NCBI GenBank assembly: GCA_001275005.1
Contig: JWZX01003061.1
Location: forward strand, 1 to 41,996
DNA: 41,996 nucleotides
DNA from: Chrysochromulina tobinii
Lineage: Eukaryota
Direction: 5' to 3'
In this document: positions 39,046 through 41,996 of the stretch, in pieces
Numbering within the stretch: the first letter of the stretch is position 1
How the letters are laid out: every line of letters begins with the position of its first letter
Made by a program: the position numbers and the translations under genes
The notes under the pieces: model-generated
The model's database searches: none
Told to the model about the DNA's origin: nothing
What the model saw: the letters and a program-made list of their open reading frames with translations, nothing else

Positions 39046-41862
39046 TCAAGCTGAAACAGATGTCCCGTCAGCGTCCCCATCGGACGCGTTTGCCACGACG
39101 CGCGTCCTCGGCAAGAACGACTCGCGCTGCCTGCGCACGACCTTGCCGATGCTGTTGACGCGGGGCTCCTCCTTCTCAGCCCTCTCTGGAGAAGGCTGTT
39201 GGCGCCACTGGCGGTTGGAGTAGAAGGCGAGCGCCTCGGCCTTGTGGCCAGCGGTGGGCGCCGCCGCGATGATGATGGAGCGGCGCTCGGCGCCCGCGGC
39301 CTCGGTAGAAAGCTGCTTGACTCGCCAAGGCATGTTGAGCCGAGTCGCGACCGCCATCTCCTGCGCGCGCGCCATCTCGAGCACTTTGGCCATCTCCTCC
39401 TGAGTCTGCGAGAGCGTCGCCTCCATGGCCGAGAGCGCGAGCCGCGCCGCGACGGCCTCGGCCTGCGCCCGCTCCTTCTCCTTCTCGAGCTCCTTTTCGA
39501 GCAGCGCGGCGGCCTGCGCCGCCGCTTGGGCCGCGGCCGCGGCCATACGTTGCTCCATGAGCTCCGCGGCCTGCGTCTGGGTCGCCGCGACCTCTGCCTG
39601 CAATGCGACGCGCTCCTCCGCCGCTTGAGCTCGAGAGCTCTCAAGCTGCGCGCGGAGGCTCGCGAGCTCCGCTTGCGTCGCCTCGAGCCTTGCGGCCGAT
39701 TGCACGCTGGTCGTGTTCAGCTGCTCGCGCACCGCCTCCAGAGCTGCCTGCGCAGCAGAGGCATTCTGGGCCGCTACCGCCGCCATGACCTCCGCCTCCT
39801 GTTTCTTGGCCGCCATGACCTCCGCCTCTTGCTGCTTGGCCGCCTCGCGACGCGCGAGCTCATCCAAGCACTCCCGTAGCAACGACTGGCTCTCATTGAG
39901 CTGATGACGGCTCTCATTGAGCTCCCTCGCCACCCGCCCCTGCTGCGAATTCGTCATCGCAAGCTCCGCTTTGCATGCGCCCAGCTGCGAATTCGTCATC
40001 GCAAGCTCCGCTTTGCATGCGCCCAGCTGCGAATTCGTCATCGCAAGCTCCGCTTTGCATGCGCCCAGCTCGGCGCTCCGCAACTCGAGTTGCGCGGCCT
40101 CTTGCTCGCGCCTTACCTTGAGGTCCGCGAGGACCGTCTCAAACTGCGCCTGGGACACCTCGAACTCCTTGACGAAACTCCACGCCTGCGCCTTGGAATG
40201 GAGGCAGGCCTCCAGCTCGGTTCGGACTGCCTGCAGCTGCACGTCGGTCTGGGCCTGCGTCTGCTTACTGGTGAGCAGCTCCGCGCGCACCGCATCGAGC
40301 TCCTCGCGCCTTGTCTGCAGCTCGGTTTCAAGCGTCCGCACGGTCGCCTCGAGGGCAGTTCCAGCGTCAAGGAGCGCCGCGGACCGCAGCTTCGAGGCGG
40401 CCAATTCGGCTCCAAGTTCGGCCAATTCGGCTCCAAGTTTGGCCAATTGCGCCTCGTGCTGGCGCGCCACCTCCGCCTGCTGCCGCGACTGCTGCCGCGA
40501 CGACGCCTCTGCTTGCGCCCGCGCCGCCTCCACAGCCTGAAGCGCCGCCGTCTCGGCGCGCCGCGCCGTGGCGAGCGCCGCCTCGGACTCGGCGCGCGTC
40601 GTTTGGAGAGTCGCCGCCGACTCGACGGACAACGTCTGCATGGCGAGCCGCACCTGTGGGGAGAGGGGTTCGGGCGCCGTAGTGAGCACTTGCATGCAGG
40701 CCTCGAGTCGACGGACAACGTCTGCATGGCGAGTGCCATGGCGAGCGCCGTCTGCATGGCGAGTCGCACCTCTAGAGCTCGACCAACCCAATCAGACGCA
40801 ATCAGACGCAATGAGACGCAATCAGACGCAATCAGACGCAATTCGTCACTGGCACCTCTGTCAGCTCGACCAATCCAATCAGACGCAATCAGACGCAATC
40901 AGACGCAATTCGTCACTGGCACCTCTGTCAGCACGACCAATCCAATCAGACGCAATCAGACGCAATCAGACGCGATTCGTCACTGGCACCTCTGTCAGCT
41001 CGACCTCCTTCGCGGCCACGAGCCTCTCGAGGGCTGCCTGGGCCTCGGCCAGCTGCGCCTCCTTCTCGGCCACCTGCCGGCTCAAGGCTGCCTGGGCCTG
41101 TGACGATTGCGCTTCGGTCGCCGCCACCCTCGCCTCGAGAGCCGCCTGCGCAGCGGCCAGGCTCGCCTTCTCCTCCACATTCCAGCGCAGCTCCTCCCGG
41201 GCCGCGGCCAGCTGCACCTCCTTCTCAGCCACCTGCTCGAGCAGCGCCGCTTGCGCCTTCGACGATTGGTCTCTGCTCTCGGCCAGCTTTGTCTCGAGAG
41301 CCGCCTGTGCCGCGACCAGACACGACGTCTCCTCTAAACTCTTGCGCAGCTCCTCCTGTGCTGCGGTCAGCTGCGCCTCTCGCTCGCCCACCATCTTCTG
41401 CAGCGCCTCCTGCGCCTCCGAGGACTGTGCTTGCGTCCGCGCCAGCCTCGTCTCGAGAGAAGCCTGCGCCGCCGCGAGCTGGGCCTCCTTGTCGGCCACC
41501 GTCCTCTCAAGGGCACGCTGAGCCTCCGATCGCTGCGCTCGCACCGTCTCAAGCTCCGCACGAGCGACCTCAAGCTGCTTTGCAGCCTCCGACTTGGACT
41601 TCGCAGAGGCTGCAAGATCGTCGCGCAGGTTCGCCACGTCGGCCTCTAGTGCGCGCCTTGCAGCTCGGAGTGCCTCGACACGCCCCTCCATCTCGGCGTA
41701 CACCCACTCCAACTTCTTATCGTTGAAGACTGTGACCGCATTCGGATCGAAGGGCTGCTCAGGCCCGTCCATGGCGACAACTCGGCCACGTGCCGTGGGT
41801 GTGCGGAGGATGGCTGGGCCCAAGAATGTTGTGCTCACCAGCAGCAGCATTGAAGAGACCAT
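39046..41862 (-). CDS. Long Ala/Glu/Gln-rich coiled-coil protein with signal plus transit-like leader, 2 exons
   Basis: Exons 41862-40990 and 40653-39046, both whole-codon lengths. Leader MVSSMLLLVSTTFLGPAILRTPTARGRVVAM; LGACKAELAMTNSQ occurs three times. Confidence 0.8.
40654..40989 (-). other. Intron with 67-bp donor-junction repeats, a spliced-junction copy and the shared 3' module
   Basis: GAG|GTGCCA donor; (CTGATTGCGT)n repeat; junction copy at 40749-40784; module at 40673-40698; CCCCACAG acceptor. Confidence 0.9.
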
Positions 41863-41996
41863 GTTGGATGTTGCCGATCTTGAGATGTGCCGGAATGTCC
41901 GTGAATACAAACCAGGGGGCTGAATTTCTGATCTGTGAACCGCTAGACGCGGCCTTTCCACCCAAGAAACCGTTTACGCGACCTCACACATGGAGA

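Noticed and set aside
39199..41726. Long plus-strand ORFs opposite the coiled-coil gene, and similar ones throughout the window
   Set aside because: Antisense shadow ORFs are expected at this GC content and codon bias; some run through intron repeats.

Overview
This is GC-rich eukaryotic nuclear DNA, gene-dense with spliceosomal introns. It is probably from a haptophyte alga such as Chrysochromulina; that is an inference from codon style, intron motifs, GC donors and a bipartite plastid-type leader. I reconstruct about 20 protein genes. The recognisable ones are PGAM fused to EF-hands, PPIL2 cyclophilin, FAHD1, a CK1-like kinase, a TPT-family transporter, a GT47 exostosin, two FkbM methyltransferases, three SGNH/TBL-like proteins and a large Sfi1-like repeat protein with EF-hands. 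The most unusual signal is in the introns. Of 14 frame-checked introns, 12 are built from recurring parts: strand-polarised CTGAT-type microsatellites, a shared 3' module (TGCATGCAAGTGCTCACCACGGCGC) in four, a shared CCTCCYTMATCAG|GTAC acceptor in three, and re-copies of their own donor junction. Two introns in unrelated genes also contain an internal copy of their own spliced exon-exon junction. Together this suggests an active, templated intron-generating (introner-like) system. A hairpin MITE-like repeat and its TACCGGTA core also recur just upstream of gene starts. I saw no rRNA, tRNA, CRISPR array or transposase gene.
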